Positions 1-9,289 of a DNA stretch of 32,750 bases are shown here, one piece after another. The DNA lies in contig CABUUE010000001.1 in the NCBI GenBank assembly GCA_902494685.1, forward strand, positions 1 through 32,750, written 5' to 3'. Under the pieces are notes generated by a model. The model saw only the letters and a program-made list of their open reading frames with translations, ran no database searches and was not told the DNA's origin. Source of the DNA: an uncultured Collinsella sp. Lineage in GTDB: Bacteria > Actinomycetota > Coriobacteriia > Coriobacteriales > Coriobacteriaceae. The number at the start of each line of letters is the position of its first letter. The first letter of the stretch is position 1. The position numbers were made by a program, and so were the translations under genes.

Positions 1-897
1 GTGGCGGGAGGCGATGAGCTTCATCTTCTCCATCATGACCAGATTCTGGTCGATGGCCTCGTTGACCTCGCCATAGACCGGTGCGAGCTCATGCTGGCAG
101 GGAGCAACCTCGTTGTGCTTGGTCTTGGCGGGAATGCCAAGCGCCCACAGCTCATCGTCCAGATCCTTCATATAGGCCGAGACGGTGGGGCGGATAGCGC
201 CAAAGTAGTGCTCCTCGAGCTCCTGGCCCTTGCAGGGAGCAGCACCAAAGAGGGTGCGACCGGTGATGACCAGGTCCTTGCGCTTGCGGTAAGCGTCCTT
301 CTTGATCAGGAAGTACTCCTGCTCGTCGCCCACGGAAGGAACGACCTTCTTGGGTGTCTTGCCAAACAGCGCCAAAACGCGCTTGGACTCACGCGAGAGC
401 GCGGTCATGGAGCGCAACAGCGGGGTCTTCTTGTCCAGGGCCTCGCCCGTGTAGGAGCAGAAAGCCGTGGGGATGCACAGGACATCGTCCTTGATAAAGG
501 CGGGGCTGGTGGGATCCCAAGCGGTGTAGCCACGGGCCTCGAAGGTGGCACGCAGGCCGCCGTTGGGGAAGCTAGAGGCATCGGGCTCGCCCTGGATGAG
601 GTTCTTGCCCGTAAACTTGGTAATGGCGGTGCCGTCGTGGTTGGGCTCCAAGAAGCTGTCGTGCTTCTCGGAAGTAATGCCCGAAAGCGGCTGGAACCAG
701 TGCGCGTAGTGCGTCGCGCCCTTGGAGATGGCCCAGACCTTCATGGCATGGGCAACGGCGTTGGCCACGTCCAGGTCGAGCGGCTCACCGCCCTCGAGGG
801 TTGCAGCAAGGCGCTTCCAAATGTCCTTGGGGAGGTAGTCCTTCATGACTTCCTCAGAGAACACCATGGTCCCGAAGCGGTCAGTAAGTTCGGCCAT
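1..897 (-). CDS. glnA: Glutamine synthetase type III, N-terminal part (runs off the window's left edge)
   Basis: My translation of the - strand from the ATG at 897 is [30 protein letters not shown]...[32 protein letters not shown]. GATHYxHWFQPL..EKHDSF is the GSIII N-terminal signature. An RBS (AAGGGAG) lies just upstream. The + strand ORF 1..948 is its antisense shadow. Confidence 0.93.
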   Translation of the reverse strand, partial: MAELTDRFGTMVFSEEVMKDYLPKDIWKRLAATLEGGEPLDLDVANAVAHAMKVWAISKGATHYAHWFQPLSGITSEKHDSFLEPNHDGTAITKFTGKNLIQGEPDASSFPNGGLRATFEARGYTAWDPTSPAFIKDDVLCIPTAFCSYTGEALDKKTPLLRSMTALSRESKRVLALFGKTPKKVVPSVGDEQEYFLIKKDAYRKRKDLVITGRTLFGAAPCKGQELEEHYFGAIRPTVSAYMKDLDDELWALGIPAKTKHNEVAPCQHELAPVYGEVNEAIDQNLVMMEKMKLIASRH

Positions 898-960
898 ACG
901 GAACTCCCTTCGTATCGGCACCGCGTGAGAAGCGGTGTTGATTACTAACGAACGAGTCAT

Positions 961-1014
961 AGCTTAGACTCGCCGTGTTTCCGCGACATTACCGTTATGT
1001 TGCCGTCGCGAAAC
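961..1014 (-). promoter_or_regulatory. Putative GlnR-type (OmpR-family) direct-repeat operator and -10 element of glnA
   Basis: The - strand reads GTTTC-n6-GCAAC-n6-GTAAT-n6-GAAAC-n10-TAAGCT. Pentamers fall at an exact 11-bp period (+ coordinates 1010, 999, 988, 977), resembling the actinobacterial gTnAc-n6-GaAAc GlnR box. Confidence 0.55.
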
Positions 1015-1108
1015 CAATCATTGAGGTTACCCTATCGAGGCGGCGTTGCCACCCTCAACAGCCAATCAACTGCATAAATTGCAGACCTCTCCCCATGGTT
1101 TAAGGGTA

Positions 1109-1184
1109 GTCAATTTGGGACGGGGCTTTCTTAACTGGTATTTCGCATCAGATACCATTCAATATAGCCCCATCCTACATTGAC
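1109..1184. repeat. Imperfect 35-bp-arm inverted repeat (REP/REPIN-like)
   Basis: GTCAATTTGGGACGGGGCTTTCTTAACTGGTATTT matches the reverse complement of the right arm (GTCAATGTAGGATGGGGCTATATTGAATGGTATCT) at 27 of 35 positions, ungapped. Confidence 0.6.
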
Positions 1185-1192
1185 CGCTCTGT

Positions 1193-1209
1193 TATAGGAA
1201 ATGCCGATA
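1193..1209. promoter_or_regulatory. Possible LysR-family (MtaR/CmbR-like) box upstream of metF
   Basis: TATAG-GAAATGC-CGATA is one mismatch from the TATAG-n7-CTATA palindrome and lies ~110 bp upstream of metF. Confidence 0.3.
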
Positions 1210-1321
1210 GCGAAACATCTTCGATTGATATTTCCAAATAGCGAGTAAAACTCCACCGTAGCGCAGTGGTGCTGTAGAATCCTTACAACACATCACACTA
1301 ATGTATCTAGAGGAGCACGAT

Positions 1322-2194
1322 ATGCGCGTCGACGAGGTTTTTAAGCAGGCAGCATCCCAGGGCACCGCGCCCGTTTCGTTTGAGATGTTCCCGCCCAAGG
1401 GCGAGCTGACCCTCGACACGGCTCGCGAGGTGGCAGGCAATCTGTGCAAGCTTTCGCCGAGCTTTGTCTCGGTCACCTGCTCGGCCGGCGGCTCGGGCAA
1501 CGGTGCCACCACCGCCCCCATCGCGCATATGATTACGAGCGAATTCGATACACCCTCGGTAGCACACCTCACCTGTGTGGGCCGCTCGCGCGCCGATATC
1601 GCCGCCAAGGTCGACGAATACCGCTCCGCCGGCGTAGAAAATGTGCTGGCCCTGCGCGGTGATCTTCCCGCTGGCGCGACCGAGGACGACAAGCCCGCCT
1701 CCGACTACGCCTACGCCCGTGACCTCATCCCTGAGCTCGTCGACGCCGGCTTTTGCGTGGGCGCCGCAGCCTACCCCGAGGGCCACATTGCTTGCGAGGA
1801 TCTTAACCTCTCGGTCGAGCACCTCAAGCAAAAGCAAGACGCCGGCGCGAGCTTCTTTGTGACGCAGCTCTTCTTTGATAACGAGTGCTTCTACCGTTTT
1901 CGCGAGCTTGCTGACAAGGCCGGTATCACCGTGCCCATTACCGCGGGCATCATGCCGTTTATGGGCAAGTCGCAGATCAGCCGCATGGTCTTTATGTGCG
2001 GTGCGTCGCTGCCCTCCCCCGTCATCAAGATTCTCGCCAAGTACGAGAACGACCCCGAGAGCCTGCAGGCAGCCGGTGTAGATTATGCCGCCCGTCAGCT
2101 TTGCGACCTTAAGGAGCACGGTGCCGACGGTCTGCACCTGTACACTATGAATCGTCCTGCGATCGCCGCAACCATTATGGAGCGCCTGAGGTAA
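1322..2194 (+). CDS. metF: 5,10-methylenetetrahydrofolate reductase
   Basis: Motifs SFEMFPPK, AHLTCVG, LALRGD, AAYPEGH, VTQLFFD and HLYTMN are present. An AGGAG RBS precedes the ATG at 1322. Confidence 0.95.
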   Translation: MRVDEVFKQAASQGTAPVSFEMFPPKGELTLDTAREVAGNLCKLSPSFVSVTCSAGGSGNGATTAPIAHMITSEFDTPSVAHLTCVGRSRADIAAKVDEYRSAGVENVLALRGDLPAGATEDDKPASDYAYARDLIPELVDAGFCVGAAAYPEGHIACEDLNLSVEHLKQKQDAGASFFVTQLFFDNECFYRFRELADKAGITVPITAGIMPFMGKSQISRMVFMCGASLPSPVIKILAKYENDPESLQAAGVDYAARQLCDLKEHGADGLHLYTMNRPAIAATIMERLR

Positions 2195-2985
2195 TGGAAA
2201 AACCGCACATCGATACAGCTTTTGGTGAACTGCCGACCGACCTTGCGTCGCCGGTGCTCTACCGTATCGATGCCGCCCATCGCCCCCGAGTCGACCGTGC
2301 CGAGATGCTGCGCTACCTGGGCTACGGCGGTCAGCAGATTGAGCCCGAGCTGTCGCAGCGTATTGAACTTGTCGTTGAGCGTCTGGAGCTGGACATTGAG
2401 CCCCGCGGCGTGCGCCGCATATTTGCCATCGATGCCACGGGAGTCGATGAACAGGGCGATCCTTGCATTCGCTTGGTCGGCACCAACGTTGAGCTGCGCG
2501 GTCGCGATATCTATCGCCACCTCAAAGACGCCCGCTTTGCCGCACTCATGGCATGCACCCTCGGCATGGACGCCGAGCGTCGCCTGCGCACCACGGGAGC
2601 CCAGCAGCCCCTAGAGGGAGCCGTGCTCGACGCCGCATGCTCTGCCTATGTAGAAGCCGCCGTCGAGCAGATGGACCAGCAGGTCAAGGCTGCGGCCGCC
2701 GCACACGGACTCGCCGGCAACTGGCGCTTTAGTCCCGGCTACGGCGACTGCCCGCTTACGGCCCAGCGCTCAATCGTTGCTGCGCTCAACGCTACGCGGC
2801 TCATCGGGCTTACCGTCACACCTACCAACCTGCTCATGCCCACCAAGAGCGTGACCGCAGTAATCGGTCTATTTGACGGTGAGGTCCACGACGCCCAGAG
2901 CCGCCCTACCTGCAATATCTGCCGCATGCGCGAGCACTGCCGCTTCCGCGCCGCCCACACCACCTGCTATTCGCATTCTGAATAA
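2194..2985 (+). CDS. Vitamin B12-dependent methionine synthase activation-domain protein (stand-alone)
   Basis: Contains RFSPGYGDCPL and LLMPTKSVTAVIG plus a C-terminal CxxC-x5-C-x8-C cluster. Coupled to metF by a TAATG overlap. Confidence 0.88.
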   Translation: MEKPHIDTAFGELPTDLASPVLYRIDAAHRPRVDRAEMLRYLGYGGQQIEPELSQRIELVVERLELDIEPRGVRRIFAIDATGVDEQGDPCIRLVGTNVELRGRDIYRHLKDARFAALMACTLGMDAERRLRTTGAQQPLEGAVLDAACSAYVEAAVEQMDQQVKAAAAAHGLAGNWRFSPGYGDCPLTAQRSIVAALNATRLIGLTVTPTNLLMPTKSVTAVIGLFDGEVHDAQSRPTCNICRMREHCRFRAAHTTCYSHSE

Positions 2986-3094
2986 AATGTCAATTGATGG
3001 CACGGTATCGAGGGAATCTCATCCGTATGTAAGCGGATGTCCTCACAAACAAGTACCATAAGATGCCAAATAACAACTATCTGAAAGCCAGTAC

Positions 3095-4255
3095 ATGCAC
3101 AACATTCTGCAGTTCTCGCCACAACTAACCGCGCTTGAGTTTTTTTCAGGCATTGGCTTGGCTCGTGCCGGCATGGCAAAAGCCGGAATCAAAACAATCT
3201 GGGCAAATGACATAGACCATACTAAATGCGCCATGTACAGCCAGTGTTGGGGCGATGAGCATCTAGTCGAGCAGGATGTCCACACACTCGACCCCGACCT
3301 AATACCCCAAGCCGACATCGCATGGGCGTCAAGCCCTTGCACAAACTTATCTCTCGCGGGAAACAGGGAGGGACTTATCTCTGGCAAAGAATCCAGTGCG
3401 TTCTTTGGCTTTATTAAGGCCATCAAAGGAATGAGCGATCGTGCCCCGCGGGCACTTGTTCTCGAAAACGTCATCGGCCTTGCCACGTCTAATAACAGTG
3501 ATGACTTTAGACTCGTTTGCCAGGAATTTAATCGTTTAGGCTATTCATGCGACGCTTATTTTATCGATGCACGGCACTGGCTTCCCCAGTCACGCCCCCG
3601 CATGTTTGTCGTCGGATTAAAAAACCCTCTTCCCAACAGCCGACTCGATTCCTCGCTTCGACCTGAAAAGGTCTCCTGGATTCACTCCGACCCTTCACTC
3701 ATTACGCACGTCTCTCACCTAAACGAACCGAGCCCACTTCGCATGACGGGCCTTGCAACGGTTGTTGAAAATATTCCCGAGGACGACAAGCGTTGGTGGA
3801 ACAAAAACCAAGTACAAGCATTTATCGACTCACTTGCACCGCATCAAGCAGAGCGCCTTCAGCGCTTCTTAAATACCAAAGAAAAAATTGTTCGCACTGC
3901 TTACCGTCGCACGCGATCGGGCGTTGTGCGCTGGGAAATCCGTGAAGAAGAAATTGCCGGATGTCTAAGAACGGCTCGCGGCGGCTCATCAAGACAGGCA
4001 GTCGTTATATGCGAAAACGGAAAGATAGAAGTTCGCTGGATGACTGGAACTGAATATGCCCGTCTCCAAGGTGCTGACTCATGTCAGTTTAGCGGCTTCT
4101 CGGATGCTCAGATTCGCTACGCATTCGGCGATGCAGTTGCCGTGCCAGTTGTCACTTGGCTTATAAAAAATGCAGTCAAACCCGCGCTCATGTCTTCAAG
4201 GAACGGGGTGAACAATAATGGAAACGACCAATTGCTCCTTGAGCGAGCCCGATAA
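3095..4255 (+). CDS. dcm: DNA (cytosine-5)-methyltransferase
   Basis: C5-MTase motifs occur in order: I FFSGIG, IV SSPC, VI LENV, VIII PQSRPRMFVVG, IX RWMTGTEYARLQG, X FGDAVAVPV. Confidence 0.95.
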   Translation: MHNILQFSPQLTALEFFSGIGLARAGMAKAGIKTIWANDIDHTKCAMYSQCWGDEHLVEQDVHTLDPDLIPQADIAWASSPCTNLSLAGNREGLISGKESSAFFGFIKAIKGMSDRAPRALVLENVIGLATSNNSDDFRLVCQEFNRLGYSCDAYFIDARHWLPQSRPRMFVVGLKNPLPNSRLDSSLRPEKVSWIHSDPSLITHVSHLNEPSPLRMTGLATVVENIPEDDKRWWNKNQVQAFIDSLAPHQAERLQRFLNTKEKIVRTAYRRTRSGVVRWEIREEEIAGCLRTARGGSSRQAVVICENGKIEVRWMTGTEYARLQGADSCQFSGFSDAQIRYAFGDAVAVPVVTWLIKNAVKPALMSSRNGVNNNGNDQLLLERAR

Positions 4256-5231
4256 AGGCATCTTGGATGCCATTGAACTCTGGTACGAATCCAAGCGCAA
4301 CAAGCGAGGCAATGTCAACCGTAACGTCATGGCGGTTGGCATAGGCATAAGCGAGCTGTTGCAAAACCGTTTTCCGCTCACCGACGATTATGTGCAATCG
4401 GACAAGGGGAGCCAAGTACGAGGCCTAAGTGGAGCATGCATCAAAACAGTTTTAGCCAGACATGGGGAAACGCGTGCCTTCGCATCAGAGGGCGGCAGAA
4501 CCTCACGCGGTACACTCCCGATGGCGCTTGAACTTGCCACAATTATCAACTCCGCCCTACCCAGTGACACTTGCGAAGACACTCGTCTTGAAGCTGCGAA
4601 TGCAATCGCCAATTTCTTCGTCGAGCGAATCCAGGTCGATTTCTTTAACCGTCAGAGAATCAAAGTCGAAATCGATCTTCAAAAACCAATTTCTGTCATT
4701 GTCGATGATATCCTAGCCGAAGCAAGCCTACGGTCCGATAAGCCAACGGGTACCGTCGCACAGCACCTGGTAGGTGCAAAACTAGAGATGTTATTTCCAA
4801 CCATAGAAATCGGAAAGGACAACTCAAACGCCGCCGACCAGCAGACAGACCGTTCTGGCGATTTCCAAATCAATGATGCTGCATTTCATGTGACTGTATC
4901 GCCAATGGCCAAATTGACCGATCGATGCCGAGATAACATTCGAAATGGCATTCGGCCCATCGTCGTTGTCCCCCACGATAAAGTTTCCTTCGCTTACGGA
5001 CTGTTCGAAAGTGAGGGACTCGGCAATCGCGTACAGGTTATCGCGCTCGAATCGTTTATCGGCATCAATATTGAAGAATTATCGTTCTACAAGCGAGGCC
5101 TAATTCGATTAAATGTCGCACGGCTTCTTGCCCACTACAACAAGCGAATCGAAGATATCGAGCCCGACAAATCTCTTCAAATAGAAATTCCTCAGTGGGC
5201 TCTAGACGAAATGGATGCACATGGCGAATAG
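4218..5231 (+). CDS. DUF4928-family protein, putative restriction endonuclease partner of the MTase
   Basis: EGGRTSRG, GTVAQHLVGAKL and ADQQTDRSGDF...FHVTVSPM resemble DUF4928 (recognised from memory, not searched). Overlaps the MTase 3' end by 38 bp. Confidence 0.7.
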   Translation: METTNCSLSEPDKGILDAIELWYESKRNKRGNVNRNVMAVGIGISELLQNRFPLTDDYVQSDKGSQVRGLSGACIKTVLARHGETRAFASEGGRTSRGTLPMALELATIINSALPSDTCEDTRLEAANAIANFFVERIQVDFFNRQRIKVEIDLQKPISVIVDDILAEASLRSDKPTGTVAQHLVGAKLEMLFPTIEIGKDNSNAADQQTDRSGDFQINDAAFHVTVSPMAKLTDRCRDNIRNGIRPIVVVPHDKVSFAYGLFESEGLGNRVQVIALESFIGINIEELSFYKRGLIRLNVARLLAHYNKRIEDIEPDKSLQIEIPQWALDEMDAHGE

Positions 5232-7785
5232 CTCAAACATACTTATCACTCATGATTCTGACGGTGCCGCGCTGGCGGCACCCGTTGATGCCGCACGCCG
5301 CGATGGTGCCGCATACAAGACGCGAACGATCGACGACCTGCGCATTAAGGATGACCGCCTGCGTGCCGCCATCGAGGGCACGGGACACTTGCTGTTCGAC
5401 GGCGGCATGGGCACCATGCTGCAGGCGGCCGGCATGAAGGCAGGCGCCCTGCCCGAACTGCTCAACTTTGCGGAGCCCCAGGTCATCACCGATATCCAGC
5501 GTCAGTACGTCGAGGCCGGCTGTGACGTAATCACCGCCAACACCTTTGGCGCCAACGCCCACAAGCTCGACGGCGCCGCCACCGTGGCAGACGTCTTTGC
5601 CGCGGCAGTCACCTGCGCCCGCGAGGCCGGCGCCCGCTACGTCGCCGGCGACATCGGCCCCATCGGCGCCCTGCTGCGCCCCTTGGGTACCCTCAGCTTT
5701 GACGAGGCCTATGACCTCTTTGCCGAGGAAGTGCGCGCCGGCGTCGATGCGGGCGTGGACCTCTTTATTATCGAGACTATGACCGACCTGGCCGAGATCA
5801 AGGCGGCGGTCCTTGCCTGCCGTGAGAATTCCGATCTGCCCGTCTTTGCCACCATGACCTTTGAGGAAGACGGCCGCACCTTCTTGGGCACGAGCCCCGA
5901 GGTCGCCGCCATCACCCTCGACGCCATCGGCGCCGACGTCCTGGGCATCAACTGCAGCCAGGGCCCGGCCGAGCTCCGAGGACTCGCCGCGCGTATGCTC
6001 ACCGTCACCGACAAGCCCGTTATGGTGCAGGCCAATGCGGGACTGCCCCGCGTGGACGACGACGGCAATACCGTCTTTGATATCCAGGCACCCGAGTACG
6101 CCGAGGCCGTCGCCGGCATGATCGAGGACGGCGTGAGCGTCGTCGGCGGCTGCTGCGGCACCACGCCGGCGCACATGGCGGCTTTGCGCACGCTTATCGA
6201 CAACCACACGCCCAGCCCGCGTCACCGCAAGCCCAGCATGTCGGTCACGAGCGCCCAGACGGTCGTGGACCTCCCCTGCGACGGCCACAAGATCGCCGTC
6301 ATCGGCGAGCGCATCAACCCCACCGGCAAAAAGCGCCTGCAGCAGGCCCTACGCGACGGCGACCTGGACTACGTCGTGAGCCAGGGCATCAGCCAACAGG
6401 AGCAGGGCGCCGACATCCTGGACGTCAACGTGGGCCTGCCCGAGATCGACGAGGTCAAGGTCATCCAGCAAGCGACCGAGCAGCTCCAAGGTTCCACGCT
6501 GCTGCCGCTGCAGATCGACTCCACCGACCCCGCCGCCGTCGAGGCCGCCGTGCGTCGCTACGCCGGCAAGCCCATCATCAACTCGGTCAATGGCAAACAG
6601 CAGATCATGGACGAGATCTTCCCGCTGGTCGCCCACTACGGCACCAACGTCGTCGGCCTCACGCTCGACGAGGGCGGCATCCCGGATACCGCCGAGGCAC
6701 GCTATAGCATCGCCGAGCGCATTGTGGCCGAAGCCGCCCGTTACGGCATCGGCCCGGACCGCATCCTCATCGACTGTCTGGTCATGACCGCCTCGACCAA
6801 CCAGCGCCAGGCTGAGCAGATCCTGCGCGCCATGTCTATGTGCAAGGAGCGCCTGGGCGTCAAGTGCGCACTCGGCGTGTCGAACATCAGCTTTGGTCTG
6901 CCCGCCCGCCCGCTGCTGGGCTCGGTCTTTTTGGCCGCCGCCTTTGGTGCAGGTCTGGACGCCCCCATCATGAACCCGGGTTCCAAGCGCTTTATGGACA
7001 CCGTCTACAGCTATCGCGTCTTGAGCGTCGAGGACGAGGGCTCGACCGGATACATCGAGCGCTACGCCGGCTGGACCGACCCGTATAAGATCGCCGCGAA
7101 CCCGGCGGCCGCTCAGTCTGCATCGAGCGATGCCGCGCCTGCCGCAAGCACCACTGCAAGCGCCGAGGACGACCCCATCCGCCACATGGTCGTCTCGGGC
7201 CGCAAGGGCGAAATCGCGGCCGAGACCGAGCGCCTGCTGGCCGACCACGACGCTATGGACCTCATCAACAACCACTTTATCCCCGCCCTCGATGAGGTCG
7301 GAGTCCTCTTTGACCAGGGCAAGTTCTTCTTGCCGCAGCTCATGGCCTCTGCCGAGGCCGCGCGCGTGGGCTTCGATACCATCAAACGCCTGATGCCCGC
7401 CGGCGAGATTGCCGACAAGGGTAAGATCTGCGTGGCCACCGTCAAGGGCGATATCCACGACATCGGTAAGAACATCGTTAAGATGCTGCTCGACAACTAC
7501 GGCTACACCGTCTTTGACCTAGGCCGCGACGTCGACCCGCAAGAGGTGCTCAAAACCGTCAAGGAGCGCGACATTAAGCTCGTCGGCCTCTCGGCGCTTA
7601 TGACCACCACGGTCGTCGCCATGGAGGAGACCATCAAGCTGCTTCATGCCGAGGTCCCAGGCGTCAAGATCATCGTGGGCGGCGCTGTGCTCACCCCCGA
7701 ATACGCCAAACAGATCGGCGCGGACTACTACGCCAAGGACGCCGCCGAGAGCGCGCGCATCGCCGAAGAGGTCTTTGGGCAGTAA
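5221..7785 (+). CDS. metH: Cobalamin-dependent methionine synthase lacking the C-terminal activation domain (Hcy, pterin, cap and B12-binding domains)
   Basis: Motifs LFDGGMGTML, GINCS and GGCCGTTP (Zn ligands), IGERINPTGKK, and GDIHDIGKNIV (DxHxxG B12 motif). Start is ATG 5215 or 5221, uncertain. Confidence 0.92.
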   Translation: MANSSNILITHDSDGAALAAPVDAARRDGAAYKTRTIDDLRIKDDRLRAAIEGTGHLLFDGGMGTMLQAAGMKAGALPELLNFAEPQVITDIQRQYVEAGCDVITANTFGANAHKLDGAATVADVFAAAVTCAREAGARYVAGDIGPIGALLRPLGTLSFDEAYDLFAEEVRAGVDAGVDLFIIETMTDLAEIKAAVLACRENSDLPVFATMTFEEDGRTFLGTSPEVAAITLDAIGADVLGINCSQGPAELRGLAARMLTVTDKPVMVQANAGLPRVDDDGNTVFDIQAPEYAEAVAGMIEDGVSVVGGCCGTTPAHMAALRTLIDNHTPSPRHRKPSMSVTSAQTVVDLPCDGHKIAVIGERINPTGKKRLQQALRDGDLDYVVSQGISQQEQGADILDVNVGLPEIDEVKVIQQATEQLQGSTLLPLQIDSTDPAAVEAAVRRYAGKPIINSVNGKQQIMDEIFPLVAHYGTNVVGLTLDEGGIPDTAEARYSIAERIVAEAARYGIGPDRILIDCLVMTASTNQRQAEQILRAMSMCKERLGVKCALGVSNISFGLPARPLLGSVFLAAAFGAGLDAPIMNPGSKRFMDTVYSYRVLSVEDEGSTGYIERYAGWTDPYKIAANPAAAQSASSDAAPAASTTASAEDDPIRHMVVSGRKGEIAAETERLLADHDAMDLINNHFIPALDEVGVLFDQGKFFLPQLMASAEAARVGFDTIKRLMPAGEIADKGKICVATVKGDIHDIGKNIVKMLLDNYGYTVFDLGRDVDPQEVLKTVKERDIKLVGLSALMTTTVVAMEETIKLLHAEVPGVKIIVGGAVLTPEYAKQIGADYYAKDAAESARIAEEVFGQ

Positions 7786-7810
7786 CACAACGGAAACAAC
7801 CGAGCACCAA

Positions 7811-7848
7811 AACGTGCCGCATGCGCCACTTGGCACGTGCGGCACGTT
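7811..7848 (+). terminator. GC-rich hairpin after metH (probable terminator)
   Basis: AACGTGCCGCA / TGCGGCACGTT form a perfect 11-bp stem, extended by an imperfect inner stem. There is no long U-tract. Confidence 0.5.
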
Positions 7849-7893
7849 AGAATAGATAAGACTATGCTCGTTTTGGCAGATAGGAGCGCAAGG

Positions 7894-9258
7894 ATGGCGA
7901 TCACGCCCGCAGAAATCGCGGAAACCCGCGGCATGGTTGAGGAGCAGAACCTCGACATCAGGACCATCACCATGGGTGTTTCGCTCATGGGTTGCGGCGA
8001 CGAGAACCTCGACCGCATGTGCACGAAGATCTACGACCACGTGACGCACACGGCTGAGCATCTGGTCGAGACCGCCGAGAACCTCGAGCGCGAGTACGGT
8101 ATCCCTATCGTCAACAAGCGCGTCTCCGTCACCCCGGTGGCGCAGATCGCCGCTTGCTGCAAGGATGAGGACCTCACCCCCATCGCGCACGCCCTCGACC
8201 GCGCGGCCGAGACGCTCGGCATCGATTACCTGGGTGGCTTCTCCGCGCTCGTCCAGAAGGGCATCGGCGACGCCGACCGCCGCGTCATCCAGTCCATCCC
8301 GCAGGCGCTCGCCACCACCAGCCGCGTCTGCTCCAGCGTCAACGTCGCCAGCCTGCGTGCCGGCATCAACATGGACGCCGTACTCATGGCTGCGCAGACC
8401 ATCATCGACGCCGCTAAGCTCACGGCCGACCAGGATTCCGTCGGCGCTTCCAAGTTTGTCTGCTTTGCCAATATGGTCGAGGACTCCCCGTTTATGGCGG
8501 GCGCCGTCCACGGCGGTGGCGAGGCCGACGCCGTCATCAACGTTGGCGTCTCGGGCCCCGGCGTTATGGCCGCAGCCCTGGAGACGCTGCCCGACTCCGC
8601 ATCGATGATGGAAGTCGCCGAGAAGATTAAGCAGACCGCCTTTAAGATCACCCGTGCCGGCGAGCTCATGAGCCGCGAGGCCGCTCATCGCCTGGGTGTC
8701 GAGAAGGGCATTGTCGACCTGTCGCTGGCCCCCACGCCCGCCATCGGCGACTCTGTCGCGCGCATCCTCGAGATCATCGGCGTGGGCACCTGCGGTGGCC
8801 CCGGCACGACCTGCGCGCTCGCCATGCTCAACGATGCCGTCAAGAAGGGCGGCGTCATGGCCAGCTCCAGCGTGGGCGGCCTCTCGGGCGCTTTTATCCC
8901 CGTGTCCGAGGACGCCGGCATGATCGCCGCCGTCGAGGCCGGCGCGCTTTCGCTCGAGAAGCTCGAGGCCATGACCTGCGTGTGCTCCGTCGGCCTGGAC
9001 ATGATCGCCATCCCCGGCGACACCCCGGTCGAGACCATCGCCGGCATCATCGCCGACGAGATGGCTATCGGCGTCATCAACAACAAGACCACGGCCGTCC
9101 GCGTGATTCCCGCCATTGGCAAGGGCGTGGGCGACTGCGTCGAGTACGGCGGCCTGTTCGGCCGTGCGCCCATCATGCCGGTGAACCCCAACGCCGGCAC
9201 CGTGCTTGCCCACCGTGGTGGACGCTTCCCGGCACCGCTGAACTCGCTGAAGAACTAG
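7894..9258 (+). CDS. PFL-family / DUF711 (UPF0210) protein
   Basis: Motifs [53 protein letters not shown] and C-terminal PAPLNSLKN. An AGGAG RBS precedes ATG 7894. Confidence 0.9.
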   Translation: MAITPAEIAETRGMVEEQNLDIRTITMGVSLMGCGDENLDRMCTKIYDHVTHTAEHLVETAENLEREYGIPIVNKRVSVTPVAQIAACCKDEDLTPIAHALDRAAETLGIDYLGGFSALVQKGIGDADRRVIQSIPQALATTSRVCSSVNVASLRAGINMDAVLMAAQTIIDAAKLTADQDSVGASKFVCFANMVEDSPFMAGAVHGGGEADAVINVGVSGPGVMAAALETLPDSASMMEVAEKIKQTAFKITRAGELMSREAAHRLGVEKGIVDLSLAPTPAIGDSVARILEIIGVGTCGGPGTTCALAMLNDAVKKGGVMASSSVGGLSGAFIPVSEDAGMIAAVEAGALSLEKLEAMTCVCSVGLDMIAIPGDTPVETIAGIIADEMAIGVINNKTTAVRVIPAIGKGVGDCVEYGGLFGRAPIMPVNPNAGTVLAHRGGRFPAPLNSLKN

Positions 9259-9289
9259 CTGAGGGGTTCGGGCGAGGAGCCCCGGGGAG

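Larger units (their letters stand above)
2986..5231 (+). mobile_element. AT-richer inserted restriction-modification-like cassette (no mobility gene)
   Basis: Composition drops abruptly: spot counts give 24/60 GC at 3481-3540 versus 45/60 at 5581-5640 in metH. It lies between two functionally linked met genes. Short direct repeats sit at the edges (ATTCTGA 2975/5255; AAATG 2985/5209). Confidence 0.6.

Noticed and set aside
1..948. 315-aa + strand ORF
   Set aside because: Antisense shadow of the GSIII gene, which has recognisable motifs and an RBS on the - strand.
1200..1321. SAM/cobalamin riboswitch or T-box upstream of metF
   Set aside because: I could not see the conserved cores or a leader terminator. 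An Rfam scan would be needed to exclude rarer classes.
2987..3061. 24-aa ORF (MSIDGTV...) as a controller protein for the R-M cassette
   Set aside because: Too short, no HTH pattern and no RBS.
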